Assembly (NCBI RefSeq): GCF_963921235.1
Contig: NC_086108.1
Coordinates: 49,106,001 to 49,170,000, forward strand
Origin: Mobula hypostoma
Taxonomy: Eukaryota
Length of the DNA: 64,000 nucleotides
Direction: 5' to 3'
Each line of letters begins with the position of its first letter. The stretch's first letter is position 1. The notes below the pieces were generated by a model that saw only the letters and a program-made list of their open reading frames with translations, did no database searches and was not told the DNA's origin. A program made the position numbers and the translations under genes. Below are positions 1-14,041 of the stretch, piece after piece.

Positions 1-190
1 TGCCCACCCACCTGGTTTCACCTATCACCTTCTCACTTGTTCTCCTTCCTCTTCCCCACCCTTTTTATTCTGGCAACTTCCTGCTTCCTTTCCAGTCCTG
101 AAAAAGATTCTTGGTCCGAAACATCGACTGTTTGTTCATTTCCATAGCTGCTGCTTGACATGTTGAGTTCCTGCAGCATTTTAAGTGTGT
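1..190 (+). mobile_element. Penelope-like element terminal fragment with degenerate hammerhead motif
   Basis: CAGTCCTGAAAAAGATTCTTGGTCCGAAACATCGACTG (93-130) and its flanks resemble the termini at 22789-22900 and 48780-48921. Confidence 0.7.
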
Positions 191-879
191 TGCAGTTGCT
201 GATATAACTCTTTCAGGATAAGGTCTGCTAATGTAATTTGATCTTTATTAATCATTACATAATCAACAGCCACATCCTTGTTTGTTCTGAACATATTGTA
301 CAATAATTCTTCCATTTTGTGTGGCAAATAACCATTGTATAACACAGGTAAAAGCTGATGTAATGCCAAAAAAGGGATTTTTAAAAAAATATTTTCCTCT
401 GAGAAAAGGGTAAAGTAATTTACTGATCTCTAAAGTGACCTTGTATTGGAAATCATTGAAATCAAATGGCTTCTTCTTTCTGGAGCACCACAGGAGTTCC
501 ACTTGTGCATACTCTGCAATTAAGATTGAGCTACTTTAGATCAATGTTATTTCTAGGAATATATTAATTCATGTCTGAGCAAAATTTTAATGAACTAAGC
601 TTTCCATGGCAGTAACACAGCCCTAGAATTTTCATAATAAATACTCTTCTCATTATTTACAAAGTAACTTGAAAAAAAAACTGCCTAATTTATTTTGATT
701 CTGTAAGGATAGAAGCTTTCACAATTTGGTTAACAGTCAAGAACACTGATGTTGAGGAAATGATGACAATACAGACCCTGATAAAATTTTCTGCACATAG
801 ACAAGACTAGAACAAACTTGCTCTACACCTTTCTGTAATGTAGCACTTCTTTCAAGTTGAAAGTACTTTGTGTACATTC

Positions 880-1510
880 TCTGAACTAGGATTCCTGCGA
901 GGAAAGAGGACTGGGTCGAGACAACAGAGACTTATGGAGAAAAGGAGTTCAGTGGGTATTAAAATGGACGAGTTGACGGCACTAGCCAGGAGTCAAAGAA
1001 CATTTCGGGAGTGCAGTGTTATGTGTTTTACTGAAACAGGGCTGCACGAGGACATATCCGACCAAAACTTTTCCATGGAGGGCTTCCAGACCACTTGGGC
1101 TGACTGGATGTGCACTGAGAGCGGTAAGCGTAAAGCAGTTGGGGGCTTGCTGTTCTGGTTAACAATGGATGGTGCAATCCTAGTCATATTACGATCGAGG
1201 AACGTGTTTGTAGACTGGATATTGAACTTTTTGCTGTTGGGCTCCGGCCATATTCCACCGAGATACAACACTGGGCGTAATGGGAGGTTGTGCCTGCCTG
1301 TGGCCATCAAACTTTGCAGCTCCTCCCGTGGAGGATCAGACACCCTGAGCCAATAGGCTGGTCCTGGACTTATTTCCATCTGGCATAGTTTGCATATTGT
1401 TGTTTGATTGTTTGTGGGTTTTGTATTGCTATATATGCTCTATTCTTGGTTGGTACAGCTGTAACGAAACTCAATTTCCCTCGGGATCAATAAAGTATAT
1501 CTATCTATCT
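880..1510 (+). mobile_element. Internally deleted Rex1/Babar-like LINE (APE start fused to 3' end)
   Basis: KMDELTAL...ECSVMCFTETGL (APE-like) is joined directly to a 3' end finishing GGGATCAATAAAGTA(TATC)n. Confidence 0.65.
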
Positions 1511-4324
1511 GCAAGACAAAGAAAAAACTGTGCGGGTGAAGGTGGTTTCTCAAATCATCTGTCGCCAAATTTCCAAAGTGTTGGGAAACATGACAATATA
1601 ATGGTTAAAATTAAGACAGGGTGTCTTTTTTATTGTATTTATAACATCTACCTGCATGCAGATTAATATCCATTTAGATCAGAAATGGCTTTCATAGAAT
1701 GTCCTTTTTCTACATCAGAATTTCTGAATCTTAATTTCTCACATAACATCAACTCAAGGGAGACATTTTTGAAGGTAACAATTAATTGGTCCAGACAAAA
1801 ATGGGGATCTGTATTTGAATGGCTGGGTTTTCCTTTAACTAGTGATAAAATGACATGATTCATACTGCATTTTGTCTAAGATCTGGTAAGAATAAAAATG
1901 CTTTACATATTCTCCCTGAGATTATCTGCATTTCTTCTAGTACTTTGGTTTCATCACATATCCCAAAAACAGTGGGTTGCTAAATGGTACAGTCTAGGGG
2001 AGGGTTTGATGGGAATGAGGGGAAAATGAAATGAGATCACTGTGAGATAAACATGAGGAGACCTTGAGAGGTGGCATGGACTTGTTCAGCTAAAAAGCTT
2101 GTTTCAGTGTGCAAGGCTTTATCAGTGGGACATTCTCCTATTTAAAATAATGGTGGCCCAATTTAGAGAACTGGCCAGTCAATGTAAGTATACTGTATAT
2201 TATTCCAATCAGATTCTTTCTACTGGCTGATATTCTGTCTTGAAGTTGGATATTCTTCTACAAAAAAAAAGGTTTTTTTCCTGAAGGTAATTTAAAATGC
2301 AGTAAGATGATCAATAATCACAAATCTTCACATTCTCCTACAGACAAAACCAGAAGTATTTAACAATTTACACCTAGCCTTATTTAATTAGAAGAGTTCA
2401 TGGTAGGCCATCTCAAGTCTGAGGAAACACGTGTCCTTTGGCTTTGTCTTTGTCTTTGATCATATATTTGGCAGACTATATATTGAATAACCATGTATTA
2501 GGAGGCTCAGCAAAACTTCTGATTCAGGGAGATAGTGGTGACAATAAACCAAACTAAACATGAACAGGATTTTTGAAATTTCTAGTACGGTACTACCTTC
2601 TCATTGAAGTCAGTGCTTCAAAATTCAACTCTCCTTCACAAAAAGACATCTGCAGTTCTGCCTTAACTCCTGCTGCAACTTGCTTCCTGATGAAACCCTC
2701 AATTATTCTGTTGCCTCTAAGCTTGCCTATTCTTTGCATTCTTGATCAGACCATCGTCTTTTACCTTCTGCAAATAAGGCACATTCACATTCAAAACCCC
2801 GCTGTCCACATCCCTGCCTGATTACCTAAGTTGGCCCCAGCAGAGCAAAGACTTGATTTTAGGATATTTATTATTGATCCTTTCATCACCATTTCTGAAA
2901 TCTCAAGCCTCACAAAACTGCATTATCTCCACTCGTCCAGTTCTTGAGGAAGCAGAGTTTTTATAGGTGGCAATACCATCAATTGCCATGGATTCAAGCC
3001 CGAAAAGTTTTCTGAAAACATTCCTGCTTACTTTCCCCTATTATGAGGCCCCTTAAAACATTCCTCTTTGACCTCTTAGTCTAATCTTTCAAATATGGAT
3101 ACATTTTAAATATTCCAAGAAAATATTTTATAACACTCCAATGAAAACTTTGAGTTAGGTCATATTTATCCCAACCTGCAAATCACAGTTGCCTAATCCA
3201 CAACCCTAACACAATCCCTGTGGCCACAATAACTACTTGCAGTCCTACATGACCAGATGAGCTGGCCTTGATGTCACATTCACCCCACAATGCAATGAAG
3301 TCTGCAAGAGGCACATATCCTTCCGTCAGCACATCCCACAGTGCCACAACCTGACAGTATGTGCTCTCGACCTTTTTAATTATTTCTGAATTTTATGACA
3401 GTTAGCAACATTTAAAGATTCAAAGCATTTAGATTTAAATATTAACTTAAACATTTTAATTGTTATAATTAATTACAAATAACATTAATTAACATTAAAA
3501 CATTCACCTTTACTATCTGGATCTAATCAAAAAAAAATCATACAACATAGCCGTTAAGCTGAGAGGGCCAAACACAAATTGGCTTTGATGCCTTAATTTA
3601 TCACAGTTGACTACCGCGCCCCCCCCAACCCACTCTGAACTCAGTGCTCGATCCAATGGTAGAGCAGAAGGGCAGACGCACCAGACTCTGATCTCCAGTG
3701 GATTCCATACTTTCATGCAGCAATGAATAGGTATAGAAATGAGGTACGTACAGTGTTGTTAGCCTGTGGTTTTCTGTTGAACAGCTGATTCTATATAAAT
3801 GGAAGTTGTGGTGGTATGTTGGACCATCATAAGCAAGTCACTTTCTACTTTGTGGAAAAAATCTCACAAGTTCCTTGCAGTTAACATAGGACATAAAAGA
3901 ATCCTGAATTACAAGATCCATTCAGACTTTCAGACCCATTCAGTCAGAAAATTACATATAATTGTTCAACATACACCACCTCTCTTGGAATACTTGGAAG
4001 TGCATTGAAGAATTCCCTAAATTCCCATAGAAATAAACATCTACAATGCTGCAAATTAAATACCATACCTGAGACTTCTATATTTTAAATACTTTTATAT
4101 TTAGTCCTGATCAAATAATCTTTCTTTCCGTGCCTAAATCTCTCTGAATCATCTTCTTGTGCCTTTGAAGCTGGGAAACAAAATCAAGCAGGTATATTCG
4201 AGTATATTTCCACAAAATATTCCACACAGTCTCCAGTGAAAGCACAACAACAATCCTTAATGTGATTGCCATTGTACCACATCATAAAGTTCCCCGAGTT
4301 AACCTTCTTGACCATCACAGGTCT

Positions 4325-4600
4325 TACTGGTGAGATGCAACGCAGGCTGAGTGACTTCTTTGGCCAGAACCTGTGCTCTGTCTGCCATGGCCAACTGGAG
4401 TTTTTGGTTGCAAGCCAATTAATTCTCCTCCCCATTCCCACATCGATCTGTCCATCCTCAGCTTCCCTCATTGCCAGGTGAGGCCAAGCGCAAACTGGAA
4501 GAACTTCACTTCATAGTTTTTGCCTGGGTAGTGCTTAAGCTGATGGCATGAATATTGAATTCTCCAATTCAGGTAACATGCTTCCTCTCTGTACCTTTCT
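4325..4600 (+). mobile_element. Decayed Penelope-like GIY-YIG fragment
   Basis: TGEMQRRLSDFFGQNLCSV is a degenerate match to IGETRCRLGDRFAEHLRSV of the 23180-23920 ORF. It ends in the same GATGGCATGAATATTGAATTCTCCAATT motif. Confidence 0.65.
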
Positions 4601-4699
4601 CTCCTCTACTAATCTAGATGTGAGGTGCTCTTCATATTGCTTTATTCAAGCCACATTCAGAGCTACTGCAGTCACCTGAGCAACTTTTTTTTTTATAAA

Positions 4700-7600
4700 A
4701 AGAATCAGAATCAGGTAAGCAAGTATATATCACTTTGGATACTATTGGATAGAAAGACCTACTGGGAAAAGCATAGCGACCAAGTCTCTGGCATGGAGTT
4801 TGGCTCTATGGCTCAGAAGGAAAGGGGGGAGAAAAGGATTGAGAATTCAATATATAGGAAATCAGGCAGGAGATCCTGTGAACATGAAAGAGGTGGTATG
4901 TTGTCTTCCGGGTGCCAGATTCAGGGACATCTCGGATCGAGTCAACAGGATTCTTAAGGGGGAGTGAGAACAGCCAGTTGTGGTACATATCGGTACCAAT
5001 GACACAGGAAGGAAAAGGGATGAGTTCCTGAAGAGTGAATATAGGGAGCTGGAAGGAAGCTAAAAAGCAGGACCTCAAGGTTAGTAATCTCAAAGCAAAA
5101 CATCAAAACCCCAGAACATCCAGCAGCCATTCAAAGCACTGCCAGTGCCATGCCCAAGTGAGGGTAAAAATAGGATTATATGGCAGATGCATGTGTGCGG
5201 AGGAAAGGTTCCAAAGTTGTGTATCATTGGGATCCCTTCTAGGGAAGGTATGACCTATATAAAAGGGATGCATTACACCTGAACTCGAGAAGGACCAATG
5301 TCCATGCGGGCAGGCTTTCTGGAGCCGTTGGGGAAAGTTTAAGGTAGATTTGAAAGGGATGGGAACTAGAATGATAGGTCAGCTGATCGAGCAGTTGGTG
5401 TAAAGATAGTTGCAATATATAGAGAGACTGTGAGGAAGGACAGGCTGTAAATAGGGTATAAATATGGCCATTTGGATGAGTTGAAATGTGTTTACTTTAA
5501 TGCGAGAAATAACAGGAATAAGTATGATGAAGTGGGAATATGAATCAGTACTTGGAGCTATGATACTGTGGCCAATACAGAGCCTTGGCTGTCACAAGAG
5601 CAGGAATGGCTGCTGTATGTTCCGGGGTTTTGATTTTTTAAAAAGAGATAAAGAGGGTGATAAAATTAGTAGGGGAGTGACATTGCTAATCTAGGATAGT
5701 ATCACAGCAGTATAAAGGGAGGATGTCCAAGAAGAAATGTCTAGTGAGTCAGTGTGGATGGAAGTCAGAAATGGGAAGATTCAATCACTCTGCTTGGAGT
5801 ATTCTATAGATCCTCCAATAGTAACAGGGTCACTGAGGAGCAGATTTGTATGCAGATTTTGGAAAGCTACAAAAATAACAGGGTTATTGTCATGGGTGAC
5901 TTCAACTTCCCTAATACTGATTGGCACGTCCTTAGTACAAGAGATTTGGATGGGGCAGAATTTGTAAAATGTGCCTAGGAAGAATTCCTGACACACTATG
6001 TGATCAGGCCAACCGTAGGAGAGGTCATACTGGATCTAGTACTGGTACTAATGAACCTGGTCAAGTAATAATTCTCAGGGTGGGTGATCATTTTGGACAC
6101 CCTGATCTTTAGAACAGCCTTGGACAAGGATAGGAGCAGAAAGTATGGGAAAGTACTTTGGGGAGGGCTAATTATGATATCATTAGGCGGGAAGTTGGGA
6201 ATATAAATTGGGAACAAATGTTCTCAGGGAAAATGTGGAGGTTGCCTACAGAGTACTTGCATGGGGTTCTGAATAGGATTGTCCCATTGAGACAGGGAAA
6301 AGACGGTAGGGTGAAGGAAGCAAGGCTGATAAGGGATGTGAAACATATAGTCAAGAGGAAGAAGTGAGCATACAAAGTTTAGGAAACAAAGATTAGACAG
6401 GGCTCAAAAGTTAGAAAGTACAAACGTTTGTAGCTGGAATCAACCCTCAGGAGGACTTAGGAGAACCTGTTGGACATGAGAAATCCTCGGTGAGGAGGAT
6501 TAGGGAAAACCCCAAGATATTCTACAAATACGTGAAGAACAAGAGGGTAACTAGAGTGAAGGCAGGATAGATCAGGGATAAAAGAGGAAACGTGCCTGTA
6601 GTTGGAAACGTTGTGTATTTGTGGGCGGAGGGGTGTCCATAGTGAATACTTTGCTCCTGTATTCACTAGAGAAAGGGAACTTGAAAAATGTGAGTTCAGT
6701 GTAGAACAGGCTAACGTGCTGGAACATGTTGAGGTTAAAAGGCAGTGTTAGAATTTTGAAAATATTAGACAAGTCTCAAGGGCCATGCCTTAGGTTACTA
6801 TGCAAAGCAAGGAAAAGACTACTGCACCACTGACAATGATCTTTGTGTCCTCACTGGCCAAAGGAGCAGTACCAGAAGACTGGAGAGTGTCAAATGTTAT
6901 TCCTTTGTTCAAGCAAGGTAATAAGGACAATCCTAGGATTATAGGCCAGTAAGCCTGGCAGCAGTGGTGGACAAATTATTGGAAAGGATTCTTAGAGAAA
7001 GTATATGAGCATTTGGAGAAGCATTGCTTGAACAGAGATAGTCAGCATGGCTTTGTGAGGGACAGGTCATGCCTTACGAGCCTGATAAGCTTTTTTGAGA
7101 AAATGACAAAACAAAAAGATGAAGGTAGAGTAGTGGGTGTGGTGTATATGAATTTTTGTAAGGCGATTGTCAAGGTTCCCCATGACAAACTCATTCTAAA
7201 TAGGAGGTATGGGATCTAGGGAGGCTTGGCTGCGTGGATCTGGAATTGGCTTGATAGAAGGTGGAGCAAGTTGAGCCAGGAGATCCATGACTAGTGGCAT
7301 TCTGCAGGGAAATATTCTGCAATCCCTGCTCTTTGTGATTTTTACAATAACTTAGATAATGAATTGAAAAGGTGTGTCAGTAAGTTTACAGATGACATAA
7401 GGATTGGTGGTGTTGTGGATAGTGCAGGTTAACGCATGTCACAACGGGAGACTGACAGGATGCGGAGCTGAGCTGAGAAGTGGTAGATAGAGTTCAGTCT
7501 TGAAGAGTGTTAAGTGATACAATTTGGAAGGTTGAACTTGATTGCAGAGAATAAAGTTAATGGCAGGATTCTCAGTAGTGTGGAGAAACAGAAATCTTGG

Positions 7601-8150
7601 GGTCCAAGTCCACAGATCCCTCAAAATTGCTGCAAAGTCAATAGGGTGGTGAAGAAAGTATAAAAATGGTGTGTTGGCTTTTACTGGTCAAGGGATTGAG
7701 TTCAAGAGCCACGAGGTAATGTTGCAGCTCCGTAGAACTCTGGTTGGACCACACTTGTTCAGTTCTGGTCGTCTCATTATAGGAAGGATAAGTAAACTTT
7801 AGGAGAAGTGCAGAGGAGGTTTACCAGGATGTTGCCTGGATCAGAGAGCATGTCTTATGAGATAAGTTTGAGTGAGCTAGGGCCACTCTCTTTAAAGTGA
7901 AGGAGGATGACAGAGAGGACATACTTTTAAGGTCATTGGAGGAAGGCACATAGTGGTGAATGCATGGAGCACACCGCCAGAGTGGCGATAGAGGCAGATA
8001 CATTAGGTACATTTAAGAAACTCTTAGATAAGCATATGGATAAAAAAAAATGGAGATCTATCTGGGAGGGAAGGGTTAGATTGATCTTAGAGAAGATTAA
8101 AAAGTCAGCAAAATATTGTGGGCCAAAGGGCCTAAATTGTTCTGAAATGT
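4700..8150 (+). mobile_element. Long decayed CR1-clade LINE (ORF1 esterase, APE and RT remnants)
   Basis: Fragments VVVHIGTND (esterase), VIVMGDFNFP (APE) and SQHGFVRDRSCLTSLI (RT), with many stops and frameshifts. Confidence 0.85.
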
Positions 8151-8715
8151 TCCCCAAACAAACTGTTGAGGTCATTTAGCCTCATCATCAGAACTTTCAA
8201 TTAAGTGCCATGATCCTCCTTGGCTGATGGTAAGAAAGGTCCTTCCTTCTTGTCAGGCATCTCCAGCGCAGCCAGTCTCAGCATCGTTACACTATCCTCA
8301 AGCTGAACGGGATCCAACCATCAGACTCCTGAACCAGAGTGGAAAAATTCACTCACCCCCAACACTGAGCTGATTCCACAACCTATGGACTTATTTTCAA
8401 GGATTCTGCAACTCATGTTGTCAATATTATTTCTTAATATATTATTTTGTTTTTTTTTTGTATTTGCACAATTTTGTACATTGGTTGCTTGTCCATCATT
8501 GATTCTACTATGTTTCTTTGTATTTACTGTGAATGTCTACAAGAAAACAAATCTTAAGGCAGTATATGTGACTTATACAGTATGTACTTTGATAACAAAT
8601 TTAGTTTGAATTTTGAGTTAGGAAAGAGAACGTTATCCACCTACTTTTGAAATACCCATTCACAAAGAAAATCTGGATAAAGATTCAGAGGCCTTTGTCA
8701 AAGCTTATCTCCAAC

Positions 8716-11700
8716 AATTCAGAATCAAGTTTGTTATCCCCGGCAAGTGTCGTGAAATTTGTTAATTTAGCAGCAGCAGTACAATGCAATACATGATAAC
8801 ACAGAAAGATAAAAAGTAATAAGTATATAAATGTATATTGAATAGATTAAAAAGAACAAAAACATAAGTGATATATATATTTTAAAAAGTGAGGTAGCGT
8901 TCATGGGTTCAATGTCCATTTAGAAATCATATGACAGAGGGGAAGAAGCTGTTCCTGAATCACTGAGTATGCACCTTCAGACTTCTGTACTTCCTTCCTG
9001 AAGGTAACAATGAGAAAAGGACTTGCCCTGGGTGATGGGGGTCCTTAATAATGGATGTCACCTTTCTGATGCACTGGTCCCTGAAGATTTCTTAGATATT
9101 ACAGAGTCTAGTACCCAAGATGGAGCTGACTAATTTTACAACTCCTGTAGCATCTTTCGGCCCTGTGCAGTAGCCCCCCCCCCCACCATACAAGACAATG
9201 ATGCAGCCTATCAAAATGCTCTCCATGGTACATCTATAGAAGTTTGAGTGTTTTAGTAGACAAACCAAATCTCTTCAAACTCCTAATGAACTATAGCTGC
9301 TGTCTTGCATTCTTAAGAACTGCATTGATGTGTTGGGACCAGGTTAAATCCTCAGAGACCTTAGAACATAGAATAGTACAGCACAGTACAGGCCCTTCAG
9401 CCCACAATGTTGTGCCAACCCTCAAACCCTGCCTCCCATATAAGCCCCCACCTTAAATTCCTCCATATACCTGTCTAGTAGTCTCTTAAACTTCACTAGT
9501 GTATCTGCCTCCACCACTGACTCAGGCAGTGCATTTCACGCACCAACCACTCTCTGAGTAAAAAACATTCCTCTAATATCCCCCTTGAACTTCCCACCCC
9601 TTACCTTAAAGCCATGTCCTCTTGTATTGAGCAGTGGTGCCCTGGGGAAGAGGCGCTGGCTATCCACTCTATCTATTCCTCTTATTATCTTGTACACCTC
9701 TATCATGTCTCCTCTCATCCTCCTTCTCTCCAAAGAGTAAAGCCCTAGCTCCCTTAATCTCTGATCATAATGCATGCTTTCTAAACCAGGCAGCATCCTG
9801 GTAAATCTCCTCTGTACCCTTTCTAATGCTCCACATCCTTCCTATAGTGACCTTGACACCCAGAGACTTGAAATTGCTAACTCTCTCCACTTCTGATCCT
9901 TCTATGAGGAATGGTTTGGGTTCCTTTGTCTTACCCTTCCTGATCCACAATCAGCTCTTTCATCTTACTGACATTAAGGACAAGGTTATTACTGTGACAC
10001 CACTCAACTAGCAGGTATATCTTGCTCCTGTACACCCTTTCATCTCCATCTGAGATTCTGCTGACAATGGTTGTAACATCAGCAAATTTATAGATGGTAT
10101 TTGAGTTATACCTAGTCACAAAATCATGGGTATAGAGGGAGTAGAGCAGTGGGCTAAGCATACACCCCTGAGCTGCGCCAGTGTTGATCATCAGCGAGGA
10201 GAGGATAATATTACCAATTCACACAGACTGTGGTCTTCTGGTTAGGAAGTCGAGGATCCCATTGCAGAGGGAGGTATAGAAGCCCAGGTTCTGTAGCTTA
10301 TTGATCAGAACTGTGGGAATGATAGTGTTTACTATTGAGCTTTAGTCAACGAAAGCATCCTGACATATGTGTTTGTATTGTCCAGGTGATCCAAGGCCAT
10401 GTGAAAAGCAATTGAGATTGTACCTGCCATAGAGCTATTGTGGCAACAGGCAAATTGCAGCAGGTCCAGGTCCTTGCTGAGGCAGGAGTTCATTCTAGCC
10501 ATGACCAACCTCTCAAAGCTTTTCATCACTGTAGATGTAAATGCTACTGGGTGATTGTCATTAAGACAGCTAACACTGCTCTTCATAGGCACTGGTATAA
10601 TTGTTGCCTTTTTGAAGTAGGCGGGAACTTCCGACCATAGCTGTGAGAGGTTGTAAACATGCTTGAACACTCTCACCAGTTGATTGGCACAAGTTTTCAG
10701 AGCCTTATCAAGTACTCCATTGGGGCTGTTATCTTGTGAGGATTCATCGTCCTGCAAGACAGCCTAACGTCAGCGTCCCAGACAGAGATCACAGGGTCAC
10801 CAGGTATCTTCACAGCTGTAGTTATATTCTCCCTTTCAAAGTGGGCATAGAAGGTGCTGACTCAGCTGGTAGTAAAGCATCACTGTCATTCATGTTATTG
10901 GGTTTTGTTTTGTAGGAAGTAAACCCTGCCAGAGTTACTGTGCACCTGATGTCACTTGGCATTGTCTCACTCTTGAAATAGCCCTCTGCAAGTCATGCCT
11001 GGTTTTCTTGTACTGACCTGACTCACCAGACTTAAATGCCACAGGTCTAGCCTTCAGTAGATGACAAACCTCCTGGTTCATCCACAGCTTTTGGATTGGA
11101 AATGTACAAGTTTTCATAGACACACACTCATCCACACAGGTTTTAATGAAGTTGGTAACACTGTGGCATACTCATCCAGATTTGAAGATGAATCCCTGAA
11201 TACAGTCCAGTCCACTGATTCAAAGCAGTCCTGTAAGCACTCCTGGGCTTCCCTTATCCATACCTTCTTGGTCCTCACTACTGGGCTGCAGTCTTCAGTC
11301 TCTGCCCATACTCAGAGAGTAGAAGTGCAGCCAGGTGATCAGACTTTCCAAAGTGAGGGTGTGGAATAGCACGGTGGGCATTCTTGATGGTGGTATAACA
11401 GTGGTCTAGTGTGTTTTTTTTTCTCTGGTACTACAAATAATTTGTTCATGGTGATTATTTAAGTGACTTTCTCAGGCAGACCTGGTTAAAATACCCCAAA
11501 ATGATGGTGAGGGCATCAGGGTATGCTGTTTTGTGCATATTAATCCCATTGCTCAGATCATCTAGAGCCTGTTTAACATTGGCCTGAGGTGAAATATACG
11601 CCTCTACCAAAATGATTGCAGAAATCTCCCACGACAGGTAAAATGGATGACATTTAATTGTGAGATATTTCTAGTCTGGTGAGCAGAATTGGGACAACAC

Positions 11701-12200
11701 TGACATATTTGTGCACCACGAGGAGTTAATCATGAGGCATACACCTCCACCTCTGGTTTTGAGAGACTAGATAGTCCTGTCCTGACAGTGTATAGTGAAC
11801 CCGTCAATCTGAATCTCTGCGTCCAGTATGGAAGGGGTTAACTGGGATTCTGTGGAACAAAGGCTACACGCGATCCTAATATCCCTCTAATTTAGCACCC
11901 TAGCTCTGACATCTTAGATTTTATTTATTAGAGACTGTAAGTTTGCCAGCAAGATGGTCAGTACTGGGAGTCTAAAACCCGTTTTCTTAAACGCAGCTGT
12001 ATCCCTGACCTGCAGCCATGTTTCCTATGAGGGATCCAGCAGGAAGTATGGTCACAGTTAGCATTGTTTCTGCCAGTTTTAAGCAGCAATAGTTTATTTA
12101 ATCGCATTGAGACATCTTTATTAACTGTACAGACCTTGGAAACAGCTGTGATTCTCAGATGTATCAGGCCGAAACGGCAATATTTAATCACATCCATTGG
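8716..12200 (-). mobile_element. Near full-length decayed Rex1/Babar-like LINE
   Basis: KATIIPVP...VMKSFERLV...LDHLDNTNTYVRML and GAAQGCMLSPLLYSLYTHD...YKFAD. APE remnants at 11300-11960 and a 3' tail near 8720. Confidence 0.85.
9363..9848 (-). mobile_element. 5'-truncated CR1 3' end inserted into the Rex1 copy
   Basis: LYSLERRRMRGDMIEVYKI...TRGHGFKV...FFTQRVV. Flanked by GACCTT at 9357-9362 and 9849-9854 (TSD), and the host reads through when it is removed. Confidence 0.85.
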
Positions 12201-12639
12201 CCTGTGCCACATATTTAATCATATCCATTTCCAAGGTGCCCTGGAAGTGCTTCACAGGACTATGCACCATGTGTTGTTTTCAGGGATATAATTAGATAAA
12301 CATGAAAGGCTGTTGGAAGATCATTAACGGTGTAAGTTCCCCCAATTCTGCTGAAAACTTCTGTATTTTCCTGGGCACGAAGCTACCTATAACTTAATGT
12401 TGCATATTCCATGACTGAACATTAGACACTGTGGTAAATTATAAAGCCTAGTGCTGCCACCACAGAAGTTCAAGACTTATAAACCCTCCTGCGATTGCAC
12501 ACTAAGGAGCTATAGCCAATGTAAAAATAAATCTTTGGGTGGCCTAACTAGTAGAGGATTATAGTACCTATAACTAGGGTGTAACCCTGAACTTGGGTAC
12601 TATTTATGCAGTGTTGATAGTTTCTCTCTGACCATAAAC

Positions 12640-12885
12640 GTTTCCAACAGCTGGTTCAGTTTTCTTCCACATCCCAAAGATGCGTGGTTTGGTAGATAAA
12701 TTAGCCACTGTATATCACCCATTGTGCACAGGTGAATTGTGGAATCTGGATGTGGGGGAGGGAGAAGATTTGATTAGAATGTGAGGAGAATAAAATGTGG
12801 GATTATTGAAGGAATAGTGTTAATGGTATTTTGTAGCACTGGTTTCGTGCGCTGAAGATTCCATTCTGTATTTTTCTATGACAAT
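12640..12885 (+). mobile_element. Decayed V-SINE/HE1-like SINE
   Basis: CAGTTTTCTTCCACATCCCAAAGATGCGTGGTTTGGTAGATAAATTAGCC resembles the recalled V-SINE central domain. Related copies at ~16375-16455 and ~1940-2110. Confidence 0.5.
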
Positions 12886-13497
12886 GAATGTTTGCAGAAG
12901 GAATGTAGCAAACGGGAAATTAATGACATGCTGATGTGATATAAATGAAACAATGTAGATTGTATTGAGAAAGGTCATATACAAGAGTACTCCATTTTAT
13001 ATACATATGTGAATTTGAAACGTAAAGTAATATTTCTGAAAAAAAAATCAAGGTCACAGAATTCTTACATTAGCAACATTACTAATTTGATGAATTAGTA
13101 AAAGGCGAACAACAGCTATAAAGTAAAAAAAAACTAAAATGCTAGAGATGTTGGAAATCTGAAACATGACGAAAAAATGCCAGAAAGGTCAATCATCAGT
13201 GATTTTTCTGATGAAAAGTCATCAGAAAGGTCATCAACCTGACAGACTGTCTATTTCTCTTGTTACAGGTGCTAGCTGACCTGCTGTGCCATAAATTCAG
13301 TCTGGGTAGCAACTGCAAATAACAAATGGAAGAGGTAAGTGATTAGAATTTTTTTTAAATGTTCAACATACAGTGAAGATGATTTAATTATTATTAATTG
13401 TCAACAATAGATGGAGCACAACTACTGAAGGTGAATGATAACAATTCTTCCCACTTCTATTTTCAGGCAAACAGATCAAAGGAATAATAAAAATTTA

Positions 13498-13740
<243 letters not shown>

Positions 13741-14041
13741 TTAGGATTGTTTTATTGCACATAAATGCAATCTATTTAATATAGAGATATAAACAGCTTA
13801 AGAATAGGTCCTTCTACCCAAATTGTCCAGGCCAACCAAATTACCCACCCAAGCTCATCCCATTTACCTGCATTTGGCCCATAACCATCTCAACCTCTTC
13901 CACCCTTGTACATGTCCAAATGTCCTTTAAATACTGTAATTGTATCTGCCTCCAACACTTCCTTCAGCACCATATTCCAAGTAACCAACACCCTTTGCTT
14001 GAACCCTCAGATTCCCTTTAAATTTTTACCCTCCCTCCTTA

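Noticed and set aside
181..502. Short minus-strand ORFs as SHCBP1L exon 3
   Set aside because: No resemblance to the expected continuation (VTC...VAEPFSSNI...) and no convincing splice pair.
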